Source: a virus. Taken from it: DNA of 64,000 nucleotides. Under the pieces are notes generated by a model. It saw nothing but the letters and a program-made list of their open reading frames with translations, had not been told where the DNA came from and made no database searches. The position numbers were made by a program, and so were the translations under genes. Positions within the stretch are counted from its first letter, which is position 1, and each line of letters opens with the position of its first letter. Below are positions 49,215 through 58,319 of this stretch, piece by piece. The stretch spans positions 1-64,000 of the IMG/VR virus record IMGVR_UViG_3300005529_000029. The stretch is one strand, 5' to 3'.

Positions 49215-49403
49215 ATGACAAAGAAGAAAGAGCTAGACATCAATAATCCTGACATCGCAAGCATTGGTATCGAGATTGATTGCACATCTAAAGGTGGCCG
49301 GAGGGAAGCTCAGGCTGTCTTCAACTCCATTGATGCGAGTATTAAGAAGAAATTAAAGAGCCTGAAAAGATACAAAAAGAGACACGCAAATAAGGAGCGA
49401 TAA
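49215..49403 (+). CDS. Small basic protein homologous to the TMP N-terminus
   Basis: AAAGGAG RBS; DINNPDIASIGIEIDCTS versus TMP DINNLDIASIGIEIDSTS. Confidence 0.8.
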   Translation: MTKKKELDINNPDIASIGIEIDCTSKGGRREAQAVFNSIDASIKKKLKSLKRYKKRHANKER

Positions 49404-49405
49404 AA

Positions 49406-51049
49406 ATGTCGGCCATAATAGAAGTGCAAAAACCACAGCATAGGAAAGAACGAGCTAACCCGGACTGGCCGGTTAAGGTCTACTCATATTGGATTGAGCC
49501 AATAGGCGATATCCCGGAATGGTTTTGGTTATTCCATGATCATATGCAACTACTCTGGAACGATATGGTGATTGCGCATGATGCTTTTATTGACGAACGT
49601 GAATTCTCTGAAGAATCAGATGGGAAATGGGATACAGATCGTAAACGGCTTGAATTCTCTGGCCTACGTGAGAAGCTCAAGAATGTGGCCAAGTCTAAAA
49701 AGGGTATTCTTCCTAGCTCATGCTATTATGAGGTTAGGGATCGATTTCTCATCACGATGGGCAGATATTGGAATCCTGACTCCACACTAAAACGCAGACG
49801 AAACGAAACAAAGAATTTCGATCTTGGGCGACCTGGAATGAAATTTGGTCGCAATAAAGTACTCATCCCACATGATTTGAATGCTGCAAATATCTCAACG
49901 TCTATTCTCTTTTCTAATAAAAAACCTCTCACCATTTTGCAGCGCACAAAACAACAGGGGCCGACGCGAGGAATTTTTGAGACACTCGGTTATAACTTTA
50001 ACTTTCGCATCAATCTTCATCGGCCGATTCCAAATGGTAATATCAAGCGTATCGCTATTGTCGGGGAAATGGTTAAACCATTTGGATGGCAGTGGCGACT
50101 GAACCTGACCATTGAAGAGCCACCAGTAAGACCTCAAAGGAAGAATGGTAGGGTTGCAGCAATCGACCTTGGATGGCGTTTAATGGACGATTGTATTCGA
50201 ATAGGCGTGTTAGTTGATAACAGTGATAATGCTATTGAACTATCCATTCCGCTGGATTTTGCGAATAATTCGCTAAGACGTCAAAGAGAGCATTTCATGG
50301 ACGTGACCGATGCATGTCTTCCTATACATTCTATTCCAGACATCTGGAAAGCTCAACAGGAGTCAGACCTCATCTTAGAAGTCTGCAAAAATCGTCTAAC
50401 CGCTCTTATTCCTGAGCTTTTACCAAATAAGGTTGCATGGGATAAGGCTCGACATAAGAGTCTTATTAAGTTACTCAATACATTGCGGGAAGATCATCCA
50501 GAGAGTTCCGCAATTGCAGTTATAGAGCAGTGGCGTACGACAAACTGGGTTCTACATAGAAGATGGCGGGCAGCATATGAACGATTCATGAGATGGAGGC
50601 GTGAAATCTACAGAGTCCTGGCTGCGGAGATTGCTTCTACGTATGACGAGATCGTTTTAGAGGATCGTTTGAATCTAGCAGAGATGTCGAGAGACGAACA
50701 GGCACCACCAGCTATCAAAGCAAGTCAAAAATACCGACACTGGACATCGCTTTATCTCTTTAAAGAATGCTTAAAATATGCGATGGATAAACAGCAAAAA
50801 CTCATTATCGCGGGTAAAACTGCTTACTCAACAGCAACTTGCTCAACCTGTGATGGTAAGATTAATACCGATGCTTCACTCTATCTAACCTGTGCTAATG
50901 GGCATACCTTGGATCAGGATCTTAATGCAGCGCGAAACCTATTAAAATCATATCCAGAATGCGAGAGCCTCCCAGGGTTAGAGTCGCCGATTAGGCACTC
51001 GCAACTTTCTAAGTGCGTTAGGACGCTAAGTCTTTTAAAATCACTATAA
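49406..51049 (+). CDS. cas12m: Compact type V CRISPR effector, Cas12m (V-U1/V-M)-like
   Basis: RuvC-I IDLGWR (D254), RuvC-II VLED (E419), Zn finger C479/C482/C496/H500, RuvC-III DQDLNAARN (D505); LWND and HRPIP motifs; array 9 nt downstream. Confidence 0.8.
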   Translation: MSAIIEVQKPQHRKERANPDWPVKVYSYWIEPIGDIPEWFWLFHDHMQLLWNDMVIAHDAFIDEREFSEESDGKWDTDRKRLEFSGLREKLKNVAKSKKGILPSSCYYEVRDRFLITMGRYWNPDSTLKRRRNETKNFDLGRPGMKFGRNKVLIPHDLNAANISTSILFSNKKPLTILQRTKQQGPTRGIFETLGYNFNFRINLHRPIPNGNIKRIAIVGEMVKPFGWQWRLNLTIEEPPVRPQRKNGRVAAIDLGWRLMDDCIRIGVLVDNSDNAIELSIPLDFANNSLRRQREHFMDVTDACLPIHSIPDIWKAQQESDLILEVCKNRLTALIPELLPNKVAWDKARHKSLIKLLNTLREDHPESSAIAVIEQWRTTNWVLHRRWRAAYERFMRWRREIYRVLAAEIASTYDEIVLEDRLNLAEMSRDEQAPPAIKASQKYRHWTSLYLFKECLKYAMDKQQKLIIAGKTAYSTATCSTCDGKINTDASLYLTCANGHTLDQDLNAARNLLKSYPECESLPGLESPIRHSQLSKCVRTLSLLKSL

Positions 51050-51058
51050 ATTGCCGCT

Positions 51059-51289
51059 GTGACAACTCTTGCTCAACCGAGTCTCGGTTGAGACACTGCG
51101 CTGCCAATTCCTTGGCGGAAAGCTCAAAAAGTGACAACTCTTGCTCAACCGAGTCTCGGTTGAGACGTCTTGCCTCTGCTTCTCTCCTCGAGCCTTTCAC
51201 TGGTGACAACTCTTGCTCAACCGAGTCTCGGTTGAGACAGCGGAGGACGCGAGCGACAGCCTACCCTAATCCGCGTGACAACTCTTGCT
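51059..51289 (+). CRISPR. Mini CRISPR array: 3 full repeats, 1 truncated repeat, 3 spacers of 36 nt
   Basis: GTGACAACTCTTGCTCAACCGAGTCTCGGTTGAGAC at 51059, 51131, 51203; first 15 nt at 51275. Confidence 0.97.
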
Positions 51290-51363
51290 GAATTTTATTA
51301 ATGAATATATAATTCTGCTGGTTATCATTGGGTTATCTTTTTGAACGAGAGTTTGACGGACCT

Positions 51364-51390
51364 AGGGCTTCGAAAGAGGCCCTTTTCTTT
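51364..51390 (+). terminator. Intrinsic terminator after the array
   Basis: AGGGCTTC-GAAA-GAGGCCCT-TTTCTTT. Confidence 0.8.
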
Positions 51391-51470
51391 CTCCTTTTCC
51401 TGTCTACATTTACATCTCTTTGTTGACATTCACACCCACATTAACCTAAAAAACATTTACAGGAGTTCTT

Positions 51471-53066
51471 ATGTCTCTTCTTAGCGACGTAAAACGAGCG
51501 CGTTCTTGTTCTGTGCCAATTATCAGGATTACGACCCCTGACCCAATCAATTTGATGTTGACGTTAGCTAATGATGGGGATCCTACCCAGCAACATACTG
51601 AAGCACCAAAAGTCGGTTGGGACTGCATTCGTGGGCATTTCCACCTGAACAAAGCCGGTGAATCCTGGATTAACTCAAAGCTGAGTATTCCCGATCCGAA
51701 GGATGCGAACAAATTCAATAAGACGAACATCGTCACAGCGCCCGAAGCTGTGGGAGTCCTATTATCGCTTCCGGAAAATAGTATAGCTGTAATGCTTAAT
51801 GCCCATCGGTATCTGACCAATGATGCAAATGGCGCGCGGTTTATCCAGGTCCTGATGAATATCAGGGACCGGTTTAAGAATAATGGCCGAACTCTCTTCC
51901 TTCTCACAACCGATTGTCCTTTACCAATCGAGCTACAGCATGACGTCGTGAGTCTCTCAGAAGATTATCCAGATGACAAAGCGCTAAAAGAGATCATCGA
52001 GCCAATCTTTAACGATGCAAAGCTCTCTCCGACCAATGACATGGTTGAGAGAATTGTCGATGGGATTCGTGGATTACCGGCTTTTCCCGCTGAACAGGTG
52101 ACAGCAATGGCAACGACCATTGGCAAAGGCGTCGACGTTGATCTTCTCTGGCGACTAAAAGAACAGCAGATCAAAAACATCAAGGGTTTACGGTTCGACA
52201 CGTCCAGAGAAACATTTGACGATCTCGGTGGGCTCTTAGCCTGGAAGACCTTTACTCACCGGCTTCTCTCAGGGCGACAAAGATTCAAGCTAGTCGTCCG
52301 TCTTGAAGAGATTGAGAAAGCGATGGCTGGAGTTGGCGGCGATGGAAAACACGGTGATACATCGGGTGTCTCGGCCGGGATCCTCGGTTATCTCCTTGAA
52401 GTCTTCGAAGACTATGGCTGGACGGGAGCTTTACTTTTTGGGGTTCCGGGCAGTGGGAAGAGCGCGAGCAGTAAAGCACTTGGCAATACATTCGGAATCA
52501 AAACGATGGTCATGGATATTGCCGGAGCGAAAGAAAGTTACGTCGGTGCATCAGAACAAAATGTCAGAGAGCAGGTCAAAGCAATTAAGGCAATCGGTGG
52601 TAATGACATTTTATTTCTAGCCTCGTGCAATGGACTTGATGCTCTTCCACCAGCTCTAAAGCGTCGGTTCAAACTCGGCGTCTGGTTCTTCAATACTCCG
52701 ACAAAAGAAGAGCGAGAGAGCATCTGGACTATTAACGTCAAGAAGTTCAGCCTGAATGAGAGCCAGGAACTCCCGGATCAAGACGGTTTGACCGGTGCAG
52801 ACATCAGGAATATCTGCGAGATCGCGTATCAGCTTTCGAGTCCGACAGAGGAATGCTCTTTAGCTGAGGCAGCTCAGTACATTGTTCCAGTCTGCAAATC
52901 CGATCCGACTTCAATCACTCAGATGCAGACTCTTGCTGATGGGCGATTCTTATCAGCCAGTTTGCCTGGGATCTATCGAATGAATCCAGAAGAAGAGATC
53001 GCAATTCCTGAGTCAAAACAATCACGTAGATTCGCGCATGAATCCGATCCAGGTTTCACTTTTTAA
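51471..53066 (+). CDS. Ycf46-like AAA+ ATPase with rearranged motif order
   Basis: DLGGL, EEIEKA...GDTSG, GVPGSGKS, YVGASE, LPPALKRRF, LTGADI. Confidence 0.85.
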   Translation: MSLLSDVKRARSCSVPIIRITTPDPINLMLTLANDGDPTQQHTEAPKVGWDCIRGHFHLNKAGESWINSKLSIPDPKDANKFNKTNIVTAPEAVGVLLSLPENSIAVMLNAHRYLTNDANGARFIQVLMNIRDRFKNNGRTLFLLTTDCPLPIELQHDVVSLSEDYPDDKALKEIIEPIFNDAKLSPTNDMVERIVDGIRGLPAFPAEQVTAMATTIGKGVDVDLLWRLKEQQIKNIKGLRFDTSRETFDDLGGLLAWKTFTHRLLSGRQRFKLVVRLEEIEKAMAGVGGDGKHGDTSGVSAGILGYLLEVFEDYGWTGALLFGVPGSGKSASSKALGNTFGIKTMVMDIAGAKESYVGASEQNVREQVKAIKAIGGNDILFLASCNGLDALPPALKRRFKLGVWFFNTPTKEERESIWTINVKKFSLNESQELPDQDGLTGADIRNICEIAYQLSSPTEECSLAEAAQYIVPVCKSDPTSITQMQTLADGRFLSASLPGIYRMNPEEEIAIPESKQSRRFAHESDPGFTF

Positions 53067-53071
53067 CCGCT

Positions 53072-53299
53072 ATGGCCAAGAAGTCTAAGACCGTCACTTT
53101 ACATACTTGCGAGCAGGCACATCTACGTTTTGATCGAAGAAAGCGTTCAGAACGTGAAGTCTGTGAGGCTTGCATGGAAGAAAACCAATCTTTCGGCGCA
53201 GTCCAACTGGAGTATTTCAAGGAAGACTTACTGAATCGGCCAGCATTTCCTCAGCGGAGAGCAAAGAATCTCTCAGAGCTAGATGGCGATCGAGATTAG
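53072..53299 (+). CDS. Hypothetical protein
   Basis: Operon position. Confidence 0.5.
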   Translation: MAKKSKTVTLHTCEQAHLRFDRRKRSEREVCEACMEENQSFGAVQLEYFKEDLLNRPAFPQRRAKNLSELDGDRD

Positions 53300-53308
53300 G
53301 AGATAAGC

Positions 53309-54067
53309 ATGTCAACTGAACAACAAAGGTTCCTACCTAATATTCCTCCCCAAACTAACTGGCTAAAAGACCACTGCATGAAGGCATATTCTTCATATGA
53401 GAGTCTTCAAGAGCCAGTATCGTTAACGATTTTTGATCAGCAGTGGCTAGCTGTATCTAATGCTCATTATCTCATCATCGTGCGTTCAGAAGAACCTGGC
53501 ACATCAAAGAATCCAATAGAGGCGCGAAGGTTAATCAGCAATGTTCTTAGTAACTATGATGAGGCCCGTGAAGTTAACATTCCATTCTCGTTATTGCAGG
53601 AGTGGATCGGCGAACCCGAAGTTAAGCCACCCTGTGAAACCTGCGAATCAACTGGCTATGTCAAATGTGATAACTGCCACAGTTTTGGATCTATCGATTG
53701 TAAGTGCGACAATTGCAATAACAGTCATCCAAAAGAATGCAAAGAATGCTCTGGTGAAGGCAAAAAGCAATGCGCTAATTGTCGTCACGCAATCCCACCC
53801 ATAACAAGATACGGATATCTTGGCCCAGCTTGGATGAACCTGGATCAGCTATACGCAATCTTTCAGCATTTGATAAGTGACGAGGTTCTTATTAGCGTCT
53901 TACCTATTAGCCCCCAACCTAGCTCTGGATATTTAGTGTTGATGAGGGATTCTTTCGATCAATGGCGCGTAGTGATCATGTCATTGGTTCAGACTGGTGA
54001 ACATAATCCAGCATATCCAACTCTCGATATTACGAAAGGAACCATCAATGCTGGAATCAATCTCTAG
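53309..54067 (+). CDS. Protein with DnaJ-type Cys-rich zinc region
   Basis: CETCESTG, CDNCHSFG, CKECSGEG. Confidence 0.65.
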   Translation: MSTEQQRFLPNIPPQTNWLKDHCMKAYSSYESLQEPVSLTIFDQQWLAVSNAHYLIIVRSEEPGTSKNPIEARRLISNVLSNYDEAREVNIPFSLLQEWIGEPEVKPPCETCESTGYVKCDNCHSFGSIDCKCDNCNNSHPKECKECSGEGKKQCANCRHAIPPITRYGYLGPAWMNLDQLYAIFQHLISDEVLISVLPISPQPSSGYLVLMRDSFDQWRVVIMSLVQTGEHNPAYPTLDITKGTINAGINL

Positions 54068-54326
54068 AGAGCAACTCACTGAAAAACTCTTTCTGCATAT
54101 GCTCCAGCGTGATGCCATCGCGGATTGTGGAATGCAGACCGATGAAAGTATTGAAGGTCTAAAGCTGGACGCTAAAGACATTGCTGATCGCATCTATCCC
54201 GATCTGACTGAACAGAACCTCCAACAGCAATTAGACGAAGTTTTTGAGATGGTACGTCTCGTTGAACTCCAACATGAGGCGCGGGTTCTCAGGTATCAGG
54301 CCGCAAGTTTTGAAATAGAGGAGTAG
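54048..54326 (+). CDS. Hypothetical protein
   Basis: AAGGA RBS. Confidence 0.5.
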   Translation: MLESISREQLTEKLFLHMLQRDAIADCGMQTDESIEGLKLDAKDIADRIYPDLTEQNLQQQLDEVFEMVRLVELQHEARVLRYQAASFEIEE

Positions 54327-54330
54327 CAAC

Positions 54331-54843
54331 ATGTCCCATATAACGACTGTAGAAAAAGAGATCAAAAACCTGGATGGAGCCAAACGTGCAGCTCAGGCTC
54401 TTGGTCTCGGTTTTGAACTCGGACCTTCACCTGTCAAATATTTCTCCGGTGATGGTCCGGTCTGTGACGCGATTATCTATCTTCCAAAGGCGACCAAGGC
54501 ATCGAAATATACGCTCGGTCTCAGGCTCAATCCAAAGACTGGATGCTATGACCTGTGTGCTGATGAAGAGTTGATTGGTGGTCGTTCCGGAACCGATGAT
54601 TACGGTGTCAACGATCCACTCAGGAAGATTCTTGGCGAAGACTGCCGCAACTTCATGAAGGAATATTCTTGCGAGATTATTCAGGGAACCTATGGCCCGC
54701 TTCTCGCTGGTAATCCCAATCTCAGATTGGAACGAACAAATCACCCTGATGGCAGCATCGACTTCCGAATCTACGACGTAACCGATGTCGAGATCGCGTC
54801 CACGCAGGAAATGATTCAAGACTTATGGCAGGGGGTGGCATAG
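54331..54843 (+). CDS. DUF1257/Ycf35-like protein
   Basis: MSHITTVEKEIKNLD...ALG N-terminus; context with AAA+ and DUF2997. Confidence 0.7.
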   Translation: MSHITTVEKEIKNLDGAKRAAQALGLGFELGPSPVKYFSGDGPVCDAIIYLPKATKASKYTLGLRLNPKTGCYDLCADEELIGGRSGTDDYGVNDPLRKILGEDCRNFMKEYSCEIIQGTYGPLLAGNPNLRLERTNHPDGSIDFRIYDVTDVEIASTQEMIQDLWQGVA

Positions 54844-54845
54844 CT

Positions 54846-55043
54846 ATGGCTAAAGAAATCCATATCAACATTGGCGAGGAAGGCGAGATCACAATCAAAG
54901 CTGAAGGGTACTCCGGAGACGAATGCTTAAAAGCCACTGAACCTTTCGAGCGCGCGCTTGGCCGGAAGAAATCCCAAGATCTCACACCAGAATTTTTCGA
55001 GACGCCAATTCAGCAACAAGAGGAAGATCAGGTAAAGGTTTAA
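54846..55043 (+). CDS. DUF2997-like protein
   Basis: GEITIKAEGYSGDECLKATEPFERALG...TPEFF. Confidence 0.8.
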   Translation: MAKEIHINIGEEGEITIKAEGYSGDECLKATEPFERALGRKKSQDLTPEFFETPIQQQEEDQVKV

Positions 55044-55048
55044 GAAGT

Positions 55049-56641
55049 ATGCAAGTCAATAAACCAACGCAACCCGTTCTCACACAATTCACGATCCCTC
55101 CGGCAACTGGATCAGTAGGACAAAAAGTCTGGCAGATAACTTCAAGCCCTCAATTTCAAAACGTTCTTTATCAGTGTGCGCCTGGAGATATCCTTGAGAT
55201 ACCTGCTGGTTCTCGATTGGTAGCACCGGTAGGTGGTTTTATCTTACCGGCTAAAAGTAATCCTCAAGGTCTTTGGATCACTATTCGTTCAAGCCTGGCA
55301 ATAACCTTGTCCCTAGATAAAAGAGTCTCACCTGGCAATCAACTGCAGATGGCTTCTTTAATCGGTCAAGACTCTGGACCTGTCTTATTAACGGCGCAGA
55401 GCCAGTCCAATAACGTGGCGTTTTATTACTTTGCAGGTCTGAATATCACTGTCCTGTCGACTTCGATGCCAGACGCCAAAGACCCTCATACACAGTTCAA
55501 TAGTGGGTTAATTCGACTTGGCGATCTATCTGAGACAAGCCTGTCGCACATGCCACATGACTTCATCTTTGATAGATGCATCATCGCTGGCCAGCCGAAT
55601 CTCAATACCATCCGGGGAATTGCTCTTAATTGCTCAAGAGTTGCAATCGTTAATTGCTATCTTCCCGATTTCCACGCGATTGGGAATGATGCCCAGGCTA
55701 TATGGGGATCGAACGGACTTGGCATGTACCTTATCCAGAATAACTATCTGGAAGGGTCAGGCGAGAATATCATGTTCGGTGGTACTGATCCGAAGATTCA
55801 GGGCCTGATTCCGAGCGACATCATCATCAGAGGTAATACAATTGCCAAACCTCTTACCTGGAAACAGAACGATCCTTCATACCTTGGTTATCATTGGGGA
55901 ATTAAGAATCTGCTCGAGCTGAAGAATGCTCAGCGCGTCCTCATCGAAAATAACGAGTTCTCAGGTTCATGGGCAGATGCTCAGACTGGAATTGGCATCA
56001 GTTTCAAATCGAACAATCAGGATGGAACCGCGCCATGGTGTCAAACCAGCGATGTGGAATTTAGGAATAACAAGATCACCGGCGTTGGTTTAGGAGTCAG
56101 TATTCTTGGCACTGACTTCAATCAGAAAACCGACAATCTGACATCGCGCATCTGGATTCACGATAACGATTTTGCCGACATCAATTCCAGATGGACTGGT
56201 AATACTCAGGCTGCAAGCGGGAACGCGATGCAGGTTCTTTCTGCAGTTGATCTCTTAGTCGAGAATAACAGTTTCGACAATAATGGTAATGCTCTAGTTC
56301 TTGATTCCGCAGACCCAAACTCTACCGTTAAGACAGAGCGATTTGCTTTCAGGAATAACGTCGTCAATTTCGGTCCTTATGGGATTAAGGGCAGTGGCGC
56401 GGCTTCTGGAAATGACAGCATTGCCAAGTTCATAGACGATGCTGATTTCACTGGTAACAACTTTATTGGCGATGTGTCGCTGATCAAACAATATCCCGTG
56501 AATAATAGCATCCTGGCATCCAGGCCAGTGAGGAAGCCGTCTCTACCAACAGCCGATCTGACTATCAAAGGTACGGTTCAATTCGATCCGTTGACCGGAA
56601 AACTGAGTTTTACCAGTGCCCCTATCATAACTCTGGAGTAA
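55049..56641 (+). CDS. Right-handed beta-helix (pectin lyase-like) protein
   Basis: PGDILEI, IQNNYLEGSGENIMFGG, LLELKNAQRVLIENN; Asn-rich coils. Confidence 0.75.
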   Translation: MQVNKPTQPVLTQFTIPPATGSVGQKVWQITSSPQFQNVLYQCAPGDILEIPAGSRLVAPVGGFILPAKSNPQGLWITIRSSLAITLSLDKRVSPGNQLQMASLIGQDSGPVLLTAQSQSNNVAFYYFAGLNITVLSTSMPDAKDPHTQFNSGLIRLGDLSETSLSHMPHDFIFDRCIIAGQPNLNTIRGIALNCSRVAIVNCYLPDFHAIGNDAQAIWGSNGLGMYLIQNNYLEGSGENIMFGGTDPKIQGLIPSDIIIRGNTIAKPLTWKQNDPSYLGYHWGIKNLLELKNAQRVLIENNEFSGSWADAQTGIGISFKSNNQDGTAPWCQTSDVEFRNNKITGVGLGVSILGTDFNQKTDNLTSRIWIHDNDFADINSRWTGNTQAASGNAMQVLSAVDLLVENNSFDNNGNALVLDSADPNSTVKTERFAFRNNVVNFGPYGIKGSGAASGNDSIAKFIDDADFTGNNFIGDVSLIKQYPVNNSILASRPVRKPSLPTADLTIKGTVQFDPLTGKLSFTSAPIITLE

Positions 56642-56644
56642 ATC

Positions 56645-56941
56645 ATGTCAGAGATAAGAATTGTCATCAGCCCTGATGGCCGCTTAGTCAGGGCAATCTA
56701 TAACGACAATCTCAGAGAACTCTTTAATAAACTCGGACTGGCGCAAACCCATCGAGCAAGTCACGTTGAACCAGACGAAAACAATAACTGGATAGCTGAC
56801 TGTTCACCTATTGGCGGGCCAAAACTTGGTCCATTCGAACGGCGGGAAGACGCTCTTACCGCTGAGGTTACTTACATAAATACGAAAGGCTTGTTCCAGA
56901 TGACCAGTCCAGACACAAGCCCTTCAAACGGAGATAAATAA
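56645..56941 (+). CDS. Conserved hypothetical protein (RASHVEP motif)
   Basis: RASHVEP...WIAD.SP.GGP.LGPF..R..AL.AE. Confidence 0.65.
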   Translation: MSEIRIVISPDGRLVRAIYNDNLRELFNKLGLAQTHRASHVEPDENNNWIADCSPIGGPKLGPFERREDALTAEVTYINTKGLFQMTSPDTSPSNGDK

Positions 56942-57892
56942 ATGCCCGATCAAAATACCGAAACCAATGTTTCCGGCTCCAGCATTTTTGACAAAGCAAC
57001 ATGTCTGAGTCTGAAATTATCAGCTTTCCGGACAAATTGCAATGCCAGTATTCAATTGGTCGAAACAGACGCCGATCGAGAGCGCCTAAAACTGAAGAAG
57101 AACAAACTCCAGAATGAGACACTCGACAAGATCAACTCGCGTCATCAGGAGATTCGTAACTACATCGCGAAGCGTTGCCTTCCCAATAATCTATTCCGAT
57201 CTGGGACATATATTCTCCCGGATAAGATATTGAATGACGTCATCCAGTATCTTCACGCTCAGAAGCTGCAACTTGAGCCGTTGATCGAACAGTTCATGGC
57301 CGAATATGAAGATGCCTACGCTAATGATTTCACCGCAGAAAGAGAGGCGCTTCAAAGTCAGTTCAACCTCGAGGATTATCCAGCGCCGGCAAAGGTCAGA
57401 CGTAGGTTTGATATTGAGTGGAACATCTTCACTTACGATGCGCCTGGCAAACTCTCTCGACTCAACCAGGAACTCTTTCTCGAAGAACAGGAGAAGATCC
57501 GCGAACAAGGCAAGCAAACTCTGGAAGAGCTGCAGCAATTAATGAGAGCTCAGTTCGTCCAAGGCGTTGAACATATGCTTGACCGACTTACTCCCGGAGC
57601 AAATGGCAAGAAGAAAATCTTCAAAGACTCCTCGATTAATGGCTTTAAGGAGTGGATCGATTTCTTTGAAGCACGAAACATCGCCGACGATCAGGAATTG
57701 TCAAAGATAGTTGAGCTGGCCAAATTGGCCCTGGATGGTGTAGATCCTGAAGTCCTTCGTAATAACGAAGCAGTTAGAAGCGCAGTTGCTCAACACTTCT
57801 CTGAGATTAAATCAATTATTGACGACTCGATCACTACGACAGGCAGGAAATTCTTTGAGTTGGAGGAGGAACAAAAGCCCGCGGCGGCGTAA
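56942..57892 (+). CDS. DUF3150-like helical protein
   Basis: FNLEDYP...RF, KKIFKDSS motifs; context. Confidence 0.55.
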   Translation: MPDQNTETNVSGSSIFDKATCLSLKLSAFRTNCNASIQLVETDADRERLKLKKNKLQNETLDKINSRHQEIRNYIAKRCLPNNLFRSGTYILPDKILNDVIQYLHAQKLQLEPLIEQFMAEYEDAYANDFTAEREALQSQFNLEDYPAPAKVRRRFDIEWNIFTYDAPGKLSRLNQELFLEEQEKIREQGKQTLEELQQLMRAQFVQGVEHMLDRLTPGANGKKKIFKDSSINGFKEWIDFFEARNIADDQELSKIVELAKLALDGVDPEVLRNNEAVRSAVAQHFSEIKSIIDDSITTTGRKFFELEEEQKPAAA

Positions 57893-57894
57893 CT

Positions 57895-58281
57895 ATGGCA
57901 GGAACTTTGATCATTCACACTCGATCGTGCAAAGAAGGTAAACCTGGCAATTTTGGGGTATTCCGGAATGGCTGGGGCCTATATGATTGGCTTAAGAAGC
58001 GCGAATTGATTAATCGAAGTGAATTTGCGCCAAGCCAAGCGTTGCTCAAATCCGTTAAGACAGGTCTCTCTTTTGAGAAATTCAGAGAGAGATATATTCA
58101 GGAAATGCGCGAGCATAAGAAAGCTAATCCTCAGACTTGGGATCAGCTCCTGGCGCATGAAGAGATCACCCTATGTTGTTTCGAGCACGACCCCAGAGAA
58201 TGTCACCGTTCGATCCTGGCCGAGCTAATCCAAAAATGGGCAGAATTCAATGGATTAACAGTAACTATGGACATTCAATAA
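57895..58281 (+). CDS. DUF488-like protein
   Basis: FAPS..LL...F.ERY..EM...ITLCCFE...CHRSILA. Confidence 0.8.
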   Translation: MAGTLIIHTRSCKEGKPGNFGVFRNGWGLYDWLKKRELINRSEFAPSQALLKSVKTGLSFEKFRERYIQEMREHKKANPQTWDQLLAHEEITLCCFEHDPRECHRSILAELIQKWAEFNGLTVTMDIQ

Positions 58282-58319
58282 AAGCATCCAATACAATCTG
58301 ATTCTGTGAGGGAAGTCCT

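Noticed and set aside
49406-51049. IS200/IS605 TnpB transposon
   Set aside because: No tnpA or IS ends seen; the protein has a long insertion after RuvC-I and sits beside a regular repeat-spacer array
51018-51291. Short ORFs across the CRISPR array
   Set aside because: Artefacts of the 72-bp repeat-spacer period
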